Shown here one piece after another: positions 1 to 9,453 of a stretch of DNA of 64,000 nucleotides (position 1 is its first letter; each line of letters begins with the position of its first letter). This DNA comes from Candidatus Latescibacterota bacterium (GTDB taxonomy: Bacteria > Latescibacterota > UBA2968 > UBA8231): the NCBI GenBank assembly GCA_965215195.1, contig CBDCDC010000001.1, forward strand, positions 896,001 to 960,000. The letters run 5' to 3'. The notes under the pieces are model-generated. The model did no database searches, was not told the DNA's origin, and saw only the letters and a program-made list of their open reading frames with translations. Made by a program: the position numbers and the translations under genes.

Positions 1-320
1 CAAAAGCCGCCCGTGGCCAGTAGGGCCAGCCCCACCGCTAGGCGGAAGTCGCGGGCGGTGAGCTTGAAGAGCGCATTGAGCAAGCCGACCAGCACTAAAA
101 ACAGAAAGATGGCCCCCGGGGTATTGAAGTCGAAGGCCATGTTGGTCGCTCGCATTGCCATGTTGGCGTAGGGTGCGCCAATGGACAGGAAGAAGCTGAG
201 GAACGCACCGACCCAAAAGCCGCGCAGCGTCAGATGAGAGCGACCTGCGGCATCGGTGAGTCCATTGTCTTGGCCGCCTTGGAGGTGCCGGCCATACCGG
301 GAAGGGAGCGACCTATTCAC
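1..320 (-). CDS. Integral membrane protein, 5' part only (DUF6785-like putative transporter); runs off window edge
   Basis: Manual translation from GTG at 320, overlapping the upstream stop: MNRSLPSR...HLTLRGFWVGAFLSFFLSIGAPYANMAMRATNMAFDFNTPGAIFLFLVLVGLLNALFK; hydrophobic helices. Confidence 0.65.
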   Translation of the reverse strand, partial: MNRSLPSRYGRHLQGGQDNGLTDAAGRSHLTLRGFWVGAFLSFFLSIGAPYANMAMRATNMAFDFNTPGAIFLFLVLVGLLNALFKLTARDFRLAVGLALLATGGF

Positions 321-2959
321 CGTGCAGTTTGCGGCTTAACCGTGCAGGTGGGACAGACGCGCCGCAGGTGCTCGCGCCGCACCCGCCACAGGTCGTGGGC
401 CTTCACTAATTCGCATTCGGCCTGCCCCACCTTGCCCCGGCGCTGCAACTTCCTCCGGTCGAGTGTTGAGTCCAGCTTGTGGGTTGGGACCGGGCAGGGG
501 CCGCTGCGAAAGGCCAGCCCCAAGACCTCGTCCACGGTCCCGTCCTCGCGCACGATTCGGTCCTCGAGGGCAAAGGACTCAATGCAGCCGCAGGGCACGG
601 ACAGCTCGGCTACGTGATAAGCCGTGCTCGTATCGTGCGTCGTGCCCAGCGCGAGGATGTAGCCGCCGCCGTGGACCAGTTTGCCGATCGGGCTATCTGC
701 GGCCCAGATGCCGGCTTCGAGGTGCCCGCGGCAATAGTCGCTGGCCCGCGGTCCAATCGCCGCCACCGCGTGGGTGGGATGCATGCTGCGCTCGGCCTCG
801 GTGCGCCGCCACAGCGCGTCTGGAATTGCGCCGTTGGTGGTGGGCGTGGTCAGCCGGTTGAAGACTTTGGCCGCGCGGTGATTAAACGAAGGTGCCAGCA
901 GGGTTCCCCGCTTGCCGACCGCCTGCAAGAGCGCATCGACGACGGTTTCGGCGCCGCCCTCGACAAAACCAATGGCCGATAGGGAGCTGTGTACCATCAG
1001 ATCCATGCCCGGGGCGACGCCCAAGCGGCGCAGATCTCTCACCAGTTCCCGGCGGCCGATCATATGGGCTGGGTCGGTCAATTCGGCATAGCCCAATTCG
1101 GCGTGTGCTGCGAAGTACTCGTGGACCCGAGCGACGGCAATGGGCCCTGCCGTCCGGGGCCCGGCCCGATAGTCGGCTTCCTCGCAGGCAATGCGCTCGG
1201 CGATTTCGCCCAAATTCCGGCGGCCGTCGGCCCAAAACAGCGCCCACGGCGCAAGCTTTGCGGCCGCAATGCACGCATTGATCGCGGCCGGCGCGTTCTC
1301 GGCGGTCGGCGAGAGCACGGCCGTGCGCCGCGGCACCAGCCGCGCTTGGGCCGTGCGCCGCGCTCGCTTGCCCGGCAGCGCGTTCTCGGCTGCTGCGGCC
1401 GCCACTTGCCGCTCGCTATCGTCCATGGCCTCCAAGAGCTCGCGCCGACTGCCTCCCCAGAGCCAGCGCGCGAGCCGCCGCACACTGCGGCTGTGCGCCT
1501 CGCGCACGTACTCGGCCTCGGCTCGGGGGCGCTTTTTCTTTTGTAAAACCGAGAGAAAGTACTGGGTTTCGGTGCGGACCAGCTCCCCCACTTCGCGGCT
1601 GCCCATGTCGGCCAAGTAGTACAGATAGGCCGCCATGGAGGCCGCGCAGGTCTCCAGCCCCCGCGGGCTGAGCAGGGCTTCCACGTCGGCCGAAGAGTGG
1701 TACGCGTCAAAGCCGTGCCCGCTCTTGCGGTGGTGCGTGGTGATCCAAGGGCAGGGAAATCCGTATTGGGGATCGCCGATCAAGGTATCAGACGTCGCCA
1801 TGAATCGCGCTAGATGCACTCGATAGCCCGGCTTGTGTTGCCGCACCCCGGCCCGCAAGATGGCCGCGCCGACCCGGTCGACGAAACCAGCCGACATGGG
1901 GATCGTCGCGTGCCACTCCAGTCGGCCATCGCAGATAGCTGGCTGGGAGCCGAGGGTGTCGATACACGCGCCGGCCAAAGGGGTCTGCAAGCGCCGCACC
2001 TTCTCTAGATAGGCGAAGAAACCGTAGCACTCGTACGCATTGAGCAGGCGAATGGTGCGCTTGGGGCGGGCGAGTTTTCCCGCTCGGATAAGCCCTTCGA
2101 TCACGCGGGCGATCTCGAGGGTGGTGGCCACGCCCGAAGCATTGTCTATGGCCCCGGGCTCGGCGCTGTGCGCGATGGCCCACACTTCGTCCTGCGGGTC
2201 CCCTGCTCCCTCGATGACGCCGCTGACCACGTCGTGGCTGCCGACGTATTTGCGGATGTCGGCTCTTGCGTGCAGGGTTAGGGGACCGTGCTCCCGCGCT
2301 AGCTGCCGCAGCCGCTCCCCCTGCTGCTCAGAGATCGCAAAGCCCACCAACCGCGCCGCAGCATGTTCTAGGGGAATTGCGCCCCAGCCGAATTTGGTCC
2401 ACGCCACGGCGCTGGGCAGGTTGGGCACTGGCCGGTCGGTGATGACGGCGGCGGCCCCCTTGGCGGCCAAAAGACCGAGCTGGGCGCGCGGGTCTAGCTT
2501 GGTCAGCACAATCGCACCGGCGAGTCCGTCGGCTGGCTGCTGTTGGATGTCCTCGACTTGGTCGAGAATCACTAGCCGCAGCCGCAAGCCGCTCGCCGGG
2601 GTTGCCGCGCTCCACTGGATGACGTGCCAGGGATTCTCCTGCCAATTTAGCACTCGCTCGGCGAGCGGATGCACCACGTCCACGGTCGCGCCCGCGACAT
2701 CGGCGGCCTCGCGGATGATCCACCGGCCCGACCCAAGCCGCCCTCCGGTCTGGATGGACTCAACCTCCACGCGTGCGCCGGCGGCCTCGTAGCGGCCCGT
2801 TAGGGTAGCTGTCGTGTCGTGGAAGCGGTCAAACGAGTTCCAGCGATCGGTAGTGACCACTTCCCGCACCGCCGCCATCATCTCCTGTCCATTCGCCTGC
2901 TGCAACATTAGCGGCAAGGTTTGGCGACAGAGCTGTTGTAATGATTTTGCGCTAGGCAT
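317..2959 (-). CDS. Fusion of M28/DUF4910-like aminopeptidase domain and C-terminal AAC(3)-family N-acetyltransferase
   Basis: 880 aa; AHSAEPGAIDNASG, ECYG, YHSSAD (M28-like); LMVHSSLSAIGFVEGGA, RSMHPTHAVAAIG, TAYHVAE (Antibiotic_NAT-like). Confidence 0.8.
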   Translation of the reverse strand: MPSAKSLQQLCRQTLPLMLQQANGQEMMAAVREVVTTDRWNSFDRFHDTTATLTGRYEAAGARVEVESIQTGGRLGSGRWIIREAADVAGATVDVVHPLAERVLNWQENPWHVIQWSAATPASGLRLRLVILDQVEDIQQQPADGLAGAIVLTKLDPRAQLGLLAAKGAAAVITDRPVPNLPSAVAWTKFGWGAIPLEHAAARLVGFAISEQQGERLRQLAREHGPLTLHARADIRKYVGSHDVVSGVIEGAGDPQDEVWAIAHSAEPGAIDNASGVATTLEIARVIEGLIRAGKLARPKRTIRLLNAYECYGFFAYLEKVRRLQTPLAGACIDTLGSQPAICDGRLEWHATIPMSAGFVDRVGAAILRAGVRQHKPGYRVHLARFMATSDTLIGDPQYGFPCPWITTHHRKSGHGFDAYHSSADVEALLSPRGLETCAASMAAYLYYLADMGSREVGELVRTETQYFLSVLQKKKRPRAEAEYVREAHSRSVRRLARWLWGGSRRELLEAMDDSERQVAAAAAENALPGKRARRTAQARLVPRRTAVLSPTAENAPAAINACIAAAKLAPWALFWADGRRNLGEIAERIACEEADYRAGPRTAGPIAVARVHEYFAAHAELGYAELTDPAHMIGRRELVRDLRRLGVAPGMDLMVHSSLSAIGFVEGGAETVVDALLQAVGKRGTLLAPSFNHRAAKVFNRLTTPTTNGAIPDALWRRTEAERSMHPTHAVAAIGPRASDYCRGHLEAGIWAADSPIGKLVHGGGYILALGTTHDTSTAYHVAELSVPCGCIESFALEDRIVREDGTVDEVLGLAFRSGPCPVPTHKLDSTLDRRKLQRRGKVGQAECELVKAHDLWRVRREHLRRVCPTCTVKPQTAR

Positions 2960-3044
2960 GATTTCCTCCGTTTATTAATATGTAATATGTAGGGTGACCA
3001 CCCTATGCTGTGCAGGGCGGCTGGCCATTTATTTAACTTTCCAC

Positions 3045-3073
3045 TTGACATCTCGTTTTGAAGGTGATAAAAT
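3045..3073 (+). promoter_or_regulatory. Sigma70-type promoter
   Basis: TTGACA-17 bp-TAAAAT in an AT-rich intergenic region. Confidence 0.7.
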
Positions 3074-3112
3074 AATCAACAGTTATCTTTGCTGATAGAG
3101 GACGAACAGGAC

Positions 3113-3277
3113 ATGGGCACAAATTCAATAAAAAGAATGCCACCGCAGGGAGCGGCGCTTACTGCGATAGCTGTGCCTTGTTCTACGCTTGAAAACCCCG
3201 TTGAATTTTTTTGTCGTAAGTCGTTAAAAAACAACAAGTTACCCCCCCCCCCCCCCCCCCCCTCAAAAATGCTGTAA
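3113..3277 (+). CDS. Short leader ORF spanning a poly-C tract (possibly phase-variable)
   Basis: ATG at 3113 with AGGA-type RBS just after the promoter; reads ...CRKSLKNNKLPPPPPPPSKML*. Confidence 0.4.
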   Translation: MGTNSIKRMPPQGAALTAIAVPCSTLENPVEFFCRKSLKNNKLPPPPPPPSKML

Positions 3278-3299
3278 GTCTTTAAAAAACAGTAAGTTA
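3216..3299 (+). repeat. C21 homopolymer (3242-3262) flanked by 26-bp imperfect direct repeats
   Basis: gtaagtcgttaaaaaacaacaagtta (3216-3241) vs gtaagtctttaaaaaacagtaagtta (3274-3299), 23/26 identical. Confidence 0.9.
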
Positions 3300-3620
3300 T
3301 CCCATCTTCAAGATCTCTCTCGAGCGCTAAGCGCTAAATTCTCTACTTCTCAGCACCGACCGACGGATCCCAAGCGGACGTTTGGTAATCCGGCTGGTCT
3401 AGGCGTCTGTGTTTTCGCCGCACGGTATCAAGGCCCCGGCCGCGCCGTGCGGCATTCGTGTGTACGCCGTGGCTGTCGTCTGCCATGGCCGACGGTTCAT
3501 GCTGCTAATTTTCTATCAACCATCGTTTGTCGCCTGTTTCAGTAATTGAAATGGGCACTCACACCGCCAAAGGGTGGTTACTTGAAAATCACCTTATTGG
3601 CAAATTTAGAGGAGGCCTAT

Positions 3621-4559
3621 ATGCCTACGCTTAACTGGGGCCGAATGGTTGCCCTTTTTCTTTGTGTGCTGTTCGCTCGGAACGTGTCTTTCGCCCAAGA
3701 TGATCAGTGGGAAACGGTTGTTGTCTATATGGTGGATCCTGTTGTTAAGGAGAGCCTCGCACGGGAGGTGGAGGATTATATAGACAAATGGAAGGACCCT
3801 TTAACTTGGGAGACTTTCGAGCGTGATTTTACTCCAGCGAGGAACGCTCAAATGGCTCAGGTGGCTCGGGACAATGATTTTCGGAAACGAGAAGCTGAGG
3901 CTCTCTTAAGGGAAGATCTGAGGGATCGAGGAGATGGTACGAGCTCTTGGTATCCGTCTTGGATTCCTTTAGCTCTTGCTGAAACTACGGAGGACTCGCT
4001 TTTCAAGAACATTCTAAACATTGAGGGGGCTCCATACTTTGACAGGCCTGGCCTCCAGACCCTGAGAGAGTTTTTCGAACAGGACGGAGCCGAGCCTGAC
4101 CGCGCGGCGGAAGCTTTTAGGTTCTGTGATGATGACAGGCCGCGCTGTCGCAAGGAGTTTTATGCTCATTTCAGGGATTTGGTTGATATCCACGACGCGT
4201 CCTTGGTTGCTCCTTCTGAACCAGGCGAAGACCATCACCACCCGGAGACTTCTCTTCGCTCTCCCATTATTTCGTTTACGATTCAGGCGAAGGCTTCTGA
4301 AGATTCGGGCGTCCCCACGACACCTTCTCGTACTCCTTTTGTGGATGAACTAAATGAAGGTTTCAGACAGGCACAGCCGGGGGAGTCTAGAGAATTCGTA
4401 GACTTTCGCTGGGAAAGTATTCAACTTTTGCAGCCGGCGGCTATGGATCCTGATGAGTATGTGATTGATGTATCGCCTTATTGGCAGCCGGCGGCTAAGT
4501 CTGTCGCTTCCACTGAGACTTCCTCTTGGGGCCGTATCAAGGCGACCTTCGCCGATTAA
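3621..4559 (+). CDS. Secreted hypothetical protein, paralog A, with C-terminal SSWGRIKATF motif
   Basis: GAGGAGG RBS before ATG 3621; signal peptide MVALFLCVLFARNVSFA; paralog at 8330-9238. Confidence 0.8.
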   Translation: MPTLNWGRMVALFLCVLFARNVSFAQDDQWETVVVYMVDPVVKESLAREVEDYIDKWKDPLTWETFERDFTPARNAQMAQVARDNDFRKREAEALLREDLRDRGDGTSSWYPSWIPLALAETTEDSLFKNILNIEGAPYFDRPGLQTLREFFEQDGAEPDRAAEAFRFCDDDRPRCRKEFYAHFRDLVDIHDASLVAPSEPGEDHHHPETSLRSPIISFTIQAKASEDSGVPTTPSRTPFVDELNEGFRQAQPGESREFVDFRWESIQLLQPAAMDPDEYVIDVSPYWQPAAKSVASTETSSWGRIKATFAD

Positions 4560-4566
4560 CCTGTGA

Positions 4567-4603
4567 TAAGTCCCGGCCGGGCAATAGGTCTGGCCGGGAC
4601 TTA
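4567..4603 (+). terminator. Stem-loop after paralog A (terminator-like or RNA stability hairpin)
   Basis: taagtcccggcc...ggccgggactta inverted repeat; near-identical copy at 9246-9282; no clear U-tract. Confidence 0.55.
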
Positions 4604-4743
4604 ACGTTCTACAACACCTCATAGCTTCAGCTCCATTCCTCTCCCTCACCATCTCCCTAAAGGGGTTTTGAGACAGCTTCTCAGTTCCACTCCTCCTCAC
4701 CATTTCCCCAAATAAGTAGTGTATTAATAGTATGACATTATAA

Positions 4744-4873
4744 ATAGGTCGGATCGGGATGCCCCTCGGGGCTTACATCCGGCCTTGGTCGCCTCATCCG
4801 GGGCGGCTACCTCGGCCATAGCGATGGCGTACGGTCGGCATATCGTCGATGGACGACTCCAACTAGAAGCCGG
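4744..4873 (+). repeat. Degenerate non-coding copy of the 3' end of the FGE-sulfatase gene (7896-8078)
   Basis: Aligns to 7896-8078 with about 12 substitutions, a 1-bp gap and a 52-bp internal deletion. Confidence 0.85.
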
Positions 4874-4906
4874 TTAACCCAAACTCTTAAATTAGGGAGA
4901 TTTTTT

Positions 4907-7900
4907 ATGAAGTTTCTAATGGTATTTCTGATGGGCTTGATGCTTTCTGTTCAAGCGAATACGACGCCGCAGTTCACTGTTTCCGGGCAGGTGCGGCTGG
5001 CCGATGGGCGGCCAGTGGCCGGGGCCCAAGTGACGCTGTTTGACTTGGCTGATTTGCATCAAGGCGCGGTGGCACGGGCGAGGACCGATGCGTCCGGGTA
5101 TTTCGCGCTGCCGCTGGCGTCGTTGGGCGGGTCGGCATTGCCGCAGGGATTTGTCTTAGGACCGAATTACCCCAACCCCTTCAACCCTTCGACCGTGATC
5201 CCCTATCAGCTTCCTACGGCTACGCATGTGCGGCTCGATGTGTTTAACGTGTTGGGACAGCATGTTGCGACGCTGGTAGATGCGGAGCGGCAGGCCGGTT
5301 TTCACGCGGCGAAGTGGGACGCGACCAATGCGGCGGGACAGGCGATGGCCGCTGGGGTGTATTTCTATCGGTTGACGGTGGGTGGAGGGCAGCAGATCCA
5401 GCGGATGGTGCTCATTGACGGGCAGGCGGGGATAGCGACGGCGGCTTCCTCGACAGCGGCGCCTATGCCCACATCCACGGATGCGGCGGATCGAGAATAT
5501 GGTCTCGTTGTTTCAGGCGAGGGCTTGACGACCTACGCGGATGCAGCTTTTGGCGTGCGAGGGGGGATGGCAGCGGTAGAGTTGGTAGTGGATGCGGCAC
5601 CGTTGACGACAGGCAAAGTGTGGGCAGGGGAGATTTTGGGGGATGTGAATAACGATGGGCAGGTGCTTCTGGAAGACGCGATGCTCGTAGTGATGTACCG
5701 CTCCAATCCGTCTATTGTAATGCCGAACAACGGCAGTATTCGCTTGGGGGATGTCAACTCCGATGGGGAAGTCAATGAGACTGACGTGCTGGTGATGATG
5801 AGGTATATATCGAATCCGTTGGATGGGGCACTGCCTGCGGGGATCGGTCAAAGGATGGCGAGCGGGAAACGGGCTTCGGACGGCTCAGGTGTGAGCCGGC
5901 TAACCCACCATGAAAATAGTCATAATCAAACTCCTATTTGGTCTCCCTATGGCAGCCACATTGCCTTCTCGTCTTATCGCAACGGCATTTTTGATATTTA
6001 CGTGATGAAAGTGAATGGGGACAGCTTAACCAACCTAACTAACAACAGCGATAGCCGGGATGAGACTCCTACTTGGTCTCCCGATGGCGACCACCTCGCC
6101 TTCTCGTCTTATCGCGACGGCAATTTTGATATTTACGTGATGAAAGTGAATGGGGACAGCTTAACCAACCTAACCGACCACGGGAACGAGGATAAGCAGC
6201 CTGCGTGGTCTCCCGATGGCCGCTACATCGCCTTCTCGTCTAACCGCGACGGCGATCCTGATGTTTTTGATATTTACAGGATGGCAGCGGACGGCTCTGA
6301 TGTGCGCCGGCTAACCAACCACAGGCGTCGGAATTGGACTCCTACTTGGTCTCCCGATGGCCGCTACATCGCCTTCTCCTCTGATCGCGACGACGGCGAT
6401 TTTGATATTTACAGGATGGCAGCGGACGGCTCTGATGTGCGCCGGCTAACCAACCACGATGAAGAGGATAAGCAGCCTGCGTGGTCTCCCGATGGCCGCT
6501 ACATCGCCTTCTCGTCTAACCGCGACGGCGATTTGGCGATTTACGTGATGGCGGCAGAGGACGGCTCAGGTGTGCGCCCGCTAACCGTAACCGACAGGTA
6601 CGCGGATTTGCAGCCTGCGTGGTCTCCCGATGGCCGCCACCTCGCCTTCTCGTCTAACCGCGACGACGAGAAGGCGATTTACGTGATGGCGCTTGGGGAG
6701 GGGGAACAAGAAGGGCCCAGCTTCGGCACTCAGGTCGTGGTAGACCAGACGTACACAGCAGGTGATGAGGTGATCTTAGCTCTGCCGGCGGCTTCGGGCG
6801 GTACCGGGGCGTTGACGTATAGCTTGGATGGGGACTTGCCTGCGGGTCTGGCGTTTGATGATGGGAATCGGACGCTTTCGGGTACGCTGCCGGCGGATGC
6901 GTTGTATGCTGCCTATGGGTTGACGTATCGGGTGGCGGATGCGGCTGGCGCTGGGGCTGAGTTGAGCTTCACGATTGTGGTGATGAAGGTGGAGGAAGTG
7001 GACGACTCTGATACGCCTGCGCCTGGGGAGGGGGAACAAGAAGGGCCCAGCTTCGGTGCTCCGGTCGTGGGAGACCAGACGTACACAGCAGGTGATGAGG
7101 TGATCTTAGCTCTGCCGGCGGCTTCGGGCGGTACCGGGGCGTTGACGTATAGCTTGGATGGGGACTTGCCTGCGGGTCTGGCGTTTGATGATGGGAATCG
7201 GACGCTTTCGGGTACGCTGCCGGCGGATGCGTTGTATGCTGCCTATGGGTTGACGTATCGGGTGGCGGATGCGGCTGGCGCTGGGGCTGAGTTGAGCTTC
7301 ACGATTGTGGTGATGAAGGTGGAGGAACAAGAACCGACGCAGGAGGAAGAGGAGACGTTTTCGCTGCTGGGGGGTGCGTCGATGGAGTTTGTGTGGATCG
7401 AGCCGGGGGTGTTTCAGATGGGGTCGGATACGGGTCGGAGAGATGAAAGGCCGATCCATGAGGTGGAGATTAGTCGTGGTTTTTGGTTGGGGAAGTATGA
7501 GATCACGCAGGGTCAGTGGAAGTCGGTGATGGATGAAGAGCCTTGGTCTGGTCGGGACAGAGTTACGTCAGATTCATCTTATCCGGCGGTGATTATTTCT
7601 TGGGATAAAGTGCATGAGTTTATCGATCGTCTGAATGCGGAAGCGGGCGAGGAATTGTACCGTCTTCCGACGGAGGCGGAGTGGGAGTATGCGTGTCGAG
7701 CGGGGACGCAGACGCGGTGGTCGTTTGGGGATGACGAGAGCCAACTGACGGATCATGCGTGGTATTTTGGTAATAATTATCCTACTGAAGGAGCGAAAGC
7801 GGTAGGTGGTAGGTTGCCGAATCCTTGGGGCCTGTATGATATGCACGGGAATGTTTGGGAGTGGGTTCAGGATTGGTATGACGAGGAGTATTATGATAGG

Positions 7901-8071
7901 TCGGGTCGGGTTGACCCTCGGGGGCCTACATCCGGCCTTGGTCGCGTCATCCGGGGCGGCCACTTCGGCCATATCGACGGCGTGCGGTCGGCGTATCGTC
8001 ACTTCCACTCGCCCGACGCCCGCAGCTATACCATTGGCGCACGTCTGCTCAGGATGGACGAGTCCAACTAG
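4907..8071 (+). CDS. Secreted multidomain protein: carboxypeptidase-regulatory-like + FlgD/T9SS-like Ig + dockerin-like + TolB/PD40 propeller + 2 putative Ig + FGE-sulfatase (SUMF1/CLec)
   Basis: NYPNPFNPST; GDVNNDG/GDVNSDG; repeated PAWSPDGRYIAFSSNRDG; two LPAGLAFD...TLSGT modules; RLPTEAEWEYACRAG, NPWGLYDMHGNVWEW. Confidence 0.9.
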   Translation: MKFLMVFLMGLMLSVQANTTPQFTVSGQVRLADGRPVAGAQVTLFDLADLHQGAVARARTDASGYFALPLASLGGSALPQGFVLGPNYPNPFNPSTVIPYQLPTATHVRLDVFNVLGQHVATLVDAERQAGFHAAKWDATNAAGQAMAAGVYFYRLTVGGGQQIQRMVLIDGQAGIATAASSTAAPMPTSTDAADREYGLVVSGEGLTTYADAAFGVRGGMAAVELVVDAAPLTTGKVWAGEILGDVNNDGQVLLEDAMLVVMYRSNPSIVMPNNGSIRLGDVNSDGEVNETDVLVMMRYISNPLDGALPAGIGQRMASGKRASDGSGVSRLTHHENSHNQTPIWSPYGSHIAFSSYRNGIFDIYVMKVNGDSLTNLTNNSDSRDETPTWSPDGDHLAFSSYRDGNFDIYVMKVNGDSLTNLTDHGNEDKQPAWSPDGRYIAFSSNRDGDPDVFDIYRMAADGSDVRRLTNHRRRNWTPTWSPDGRYIAFSSDRDDGDFDIYRMAADGSDVRRLTNHDEEDKQPAWSPDGRYIAFSSNRDGDLAIYVMAAEDGSGVRPLTVTDRYADLQPAWSPDGRHLAFSSNRDDEKAIYVMALGEGEQEGPSFGTQVVVDQTYTAGDEVILALPAASGGTGALTYSLDGDLPAGLAFDDGNRTLSGTLPADALYAAYGLTYRVADAAGAGAELSFTIVVMKVEEVDDSDTPAPGEGEQEGPSFGAPVVGDQTYTAGDEVILALPAASGGTGALTYSLDGDLPAGLAFDDGNRTLSGTLPADALYAAYGLTYRVADAAGAGAELSFTIVVMKVEEQEPTQEEEETFSLLGGASMEFVWIEPGVFQMGSDTGRRDERPIHEVEISRGFWLGKYEITQGQWKSVMDEEPWSGRDRVTSDSSYPAVIISWDKVHEFIDRLNAEAGEELYRLPTEAEWEYACRAGTQTRWSFGDDESQLTDHAWYFGNNYPTEGAKAVGGRLPNPWGLYDMHGNVWEWVQDWYDEEYYDRSGRVDPRGPTSGLGRVIRGGHFGHIDGVRSAYRHFHSPDARSYTIGARLLRMDESN
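6694..7327 (+). repeat. Near-identical tandem duplication of a ~300-bp Ig-like module (period 330 bp)
   Basis: 6694-6997 and 7024-7327 differ at only a few positions near their starts. Confidence 0.9.
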
Positions 8072-8329
8072 AAGCCGGGGAAAAGGGATCATCTCGGAGG
8101 CTTGAGGACGAATTGTATCCGGCGTTCTGCCAGCGGTCAAGTTGGTCGGTCTACCACCCCAAAACAACTCTACGCGCCGGTGCTGCCCGCCTATGGCCAT
8201 GACAGCACCGGTCGCGACCCATTCATACGTTTCACCGTGTAGCACCTGTCTGTTAGGGGAAGGGTCGTTTGGTCAACAACCAATAAACCTAACACGGGGC
8301 TACACGGAAAAGGAAAGGTGGCCTAACGT

Positions 8330-9238
8330 ATGGCTACGTTTAACGGGGGCCGAATGGTTGCCCTTTTGCTTTGCGTGTTGTTCGCTCCGAACGTGTCTTT
8401 CGCTCAGGATGCGTGGGAGACGGTTGTTGTCTATATGGTGGATCCTATTGATGAACAACTTGCGCCGGAAGTGCTGGAGTATATAGACAATTTGAATTTT
8501 TGTGATTTTCCTCTAGCGAGGGAAGGTCAAATGGCTCAGGTGGCTCGGGAAAATGCGGCGCGGATTCAAGCAGCTGAGGATTACTTAAGGGAGGATCGGG
8601 GAAGTCGAGGAGATGGTACAAGCTCTTGGTATCCGTCTTGGATTCCTTTAGCTTTTGCTCCTACTACGGAGGACTCGCTTTTCAAGAATATTCTAAACAT
8701 TGAGGCGGCAAGGTACGATACTGGCCCAAGGGCTGGCCAACCACAGACCCTGAGAGAGTTTTTCGAAATGGACGGAGCAGAGCCTGCTGGACTGAATGCT
8801 GATGGCACTCAAAGATTTAGGTATTGTTCGAGGAACTGTCGCAGGGAGCTTTACCCTCTATTCAGATTTTTGGTTGAAATCCACGACGAGTCCCAATATT
8901 CGGCGACTGCTCCTCGCATTATTTCGTTTACGATTCAGGCGAGGTATTCTCCTTTTGTAGAGCAACTAAATGAAAACGATACGCCTGAGCCGGAGGAAGA
9001 ACCCGATACGCCTGAGCCGCCGGAAGAATCCGATACGCCTGAGCCGCCGGAAGAACCTGGCACAAGTACAGGTATTGTGGAATTTCGCTGGGACAGTATT
9101 CGGCTTTTGCAACCGGCGGCTATGGACCCCAATCCTTATGTGATTGATACTCCGCTTTATTGGCAACCGGCGGCTAAGCCGGTCGCTTCCACTGAGACTT
9201 CCTCTTGGGGCCGTATCAAGGCGACCTTCGCCGATTAA
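8330..9238 (+). CDS. Secreted hypothetical protein, paralog B, with 3x DTPEPxEE repeat and C-terminal SSWGRIKATF motif
   Basis: Shares blocks with 3621-4559 (WETVVVYMVDP, RGDGTSSWYPSWIPLA, TEDSLFKNILNIE, ETSSWGRIKATFAD). Confidence 0.8.
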   Translation: MATFNGGRMVALLLCVLFAPNVSFAQDAWETVVVYMVDPIDEQLAPEVLEYIDNLNFCDFPLAREGQMAQVARENAARIQAAEDYLREDRGSRGDGTSSWYPSWIPLAFAPTTEDSLFKNILNIEAARYDTGPRAGQPQTLREFFEMDGAEPAGLNADGTQRFRYCSRNCRRELYPLFRFLVEIHDESQYSATAPRIISFTIQARYSPFVEQLNENDTPEPEEEPDTPEPPEESDTPEPPEEPGTSTGIVEFRWDSIRLLQPAAMDPNPYVIDTPLYWQPAAKPVASTETSSWGRIKATFAD

Positions 9239-9245
9239 CCTGTGA

Positions 9246-9282
9246 TAAGTCCCGGCTGGGCAATAGGTCTGGCCGGGACTTA
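9246..9282 (+). terminator. Stem-loop after paralog B
   Basis: Second copy of the 4567-4603 hairpin. Confidence 0.55.
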
Positions 9283-9453
9283 ACGTTCTACATCAATCTA
9301 CTAGCACCATCCCATTGGTGTGCGCCTGCTCAGGATTCCGGATTAATTGTCTATTACCCCACCAACCTAAAAAACCGGCCCTAAAAAGCGATGGATGACT
9401 CCAACTATAAGTCGCTTAACCCGAACTCACGTTACATTAAAGGGATTCTTTAT

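Noticed and set aside
317-1080. Clinical aminoglycoside resistance gene aac(3)
   Set aside because: Only family-level motifs, fused to a peptidase, with no mobile context.
4616-4710. Degenerate CT-rich direct repeat (agcttc...ctcaccat.tccc, twice)
   Set aside because: Only two imperfect copies with no interpretable function.
4744-4873. DGR template repeat
   Set aside because: Mismatches to 7896-8078 are not adenine-specific, the key segment is deleted, and no reverse transcriptase or Avd gene is in the window.
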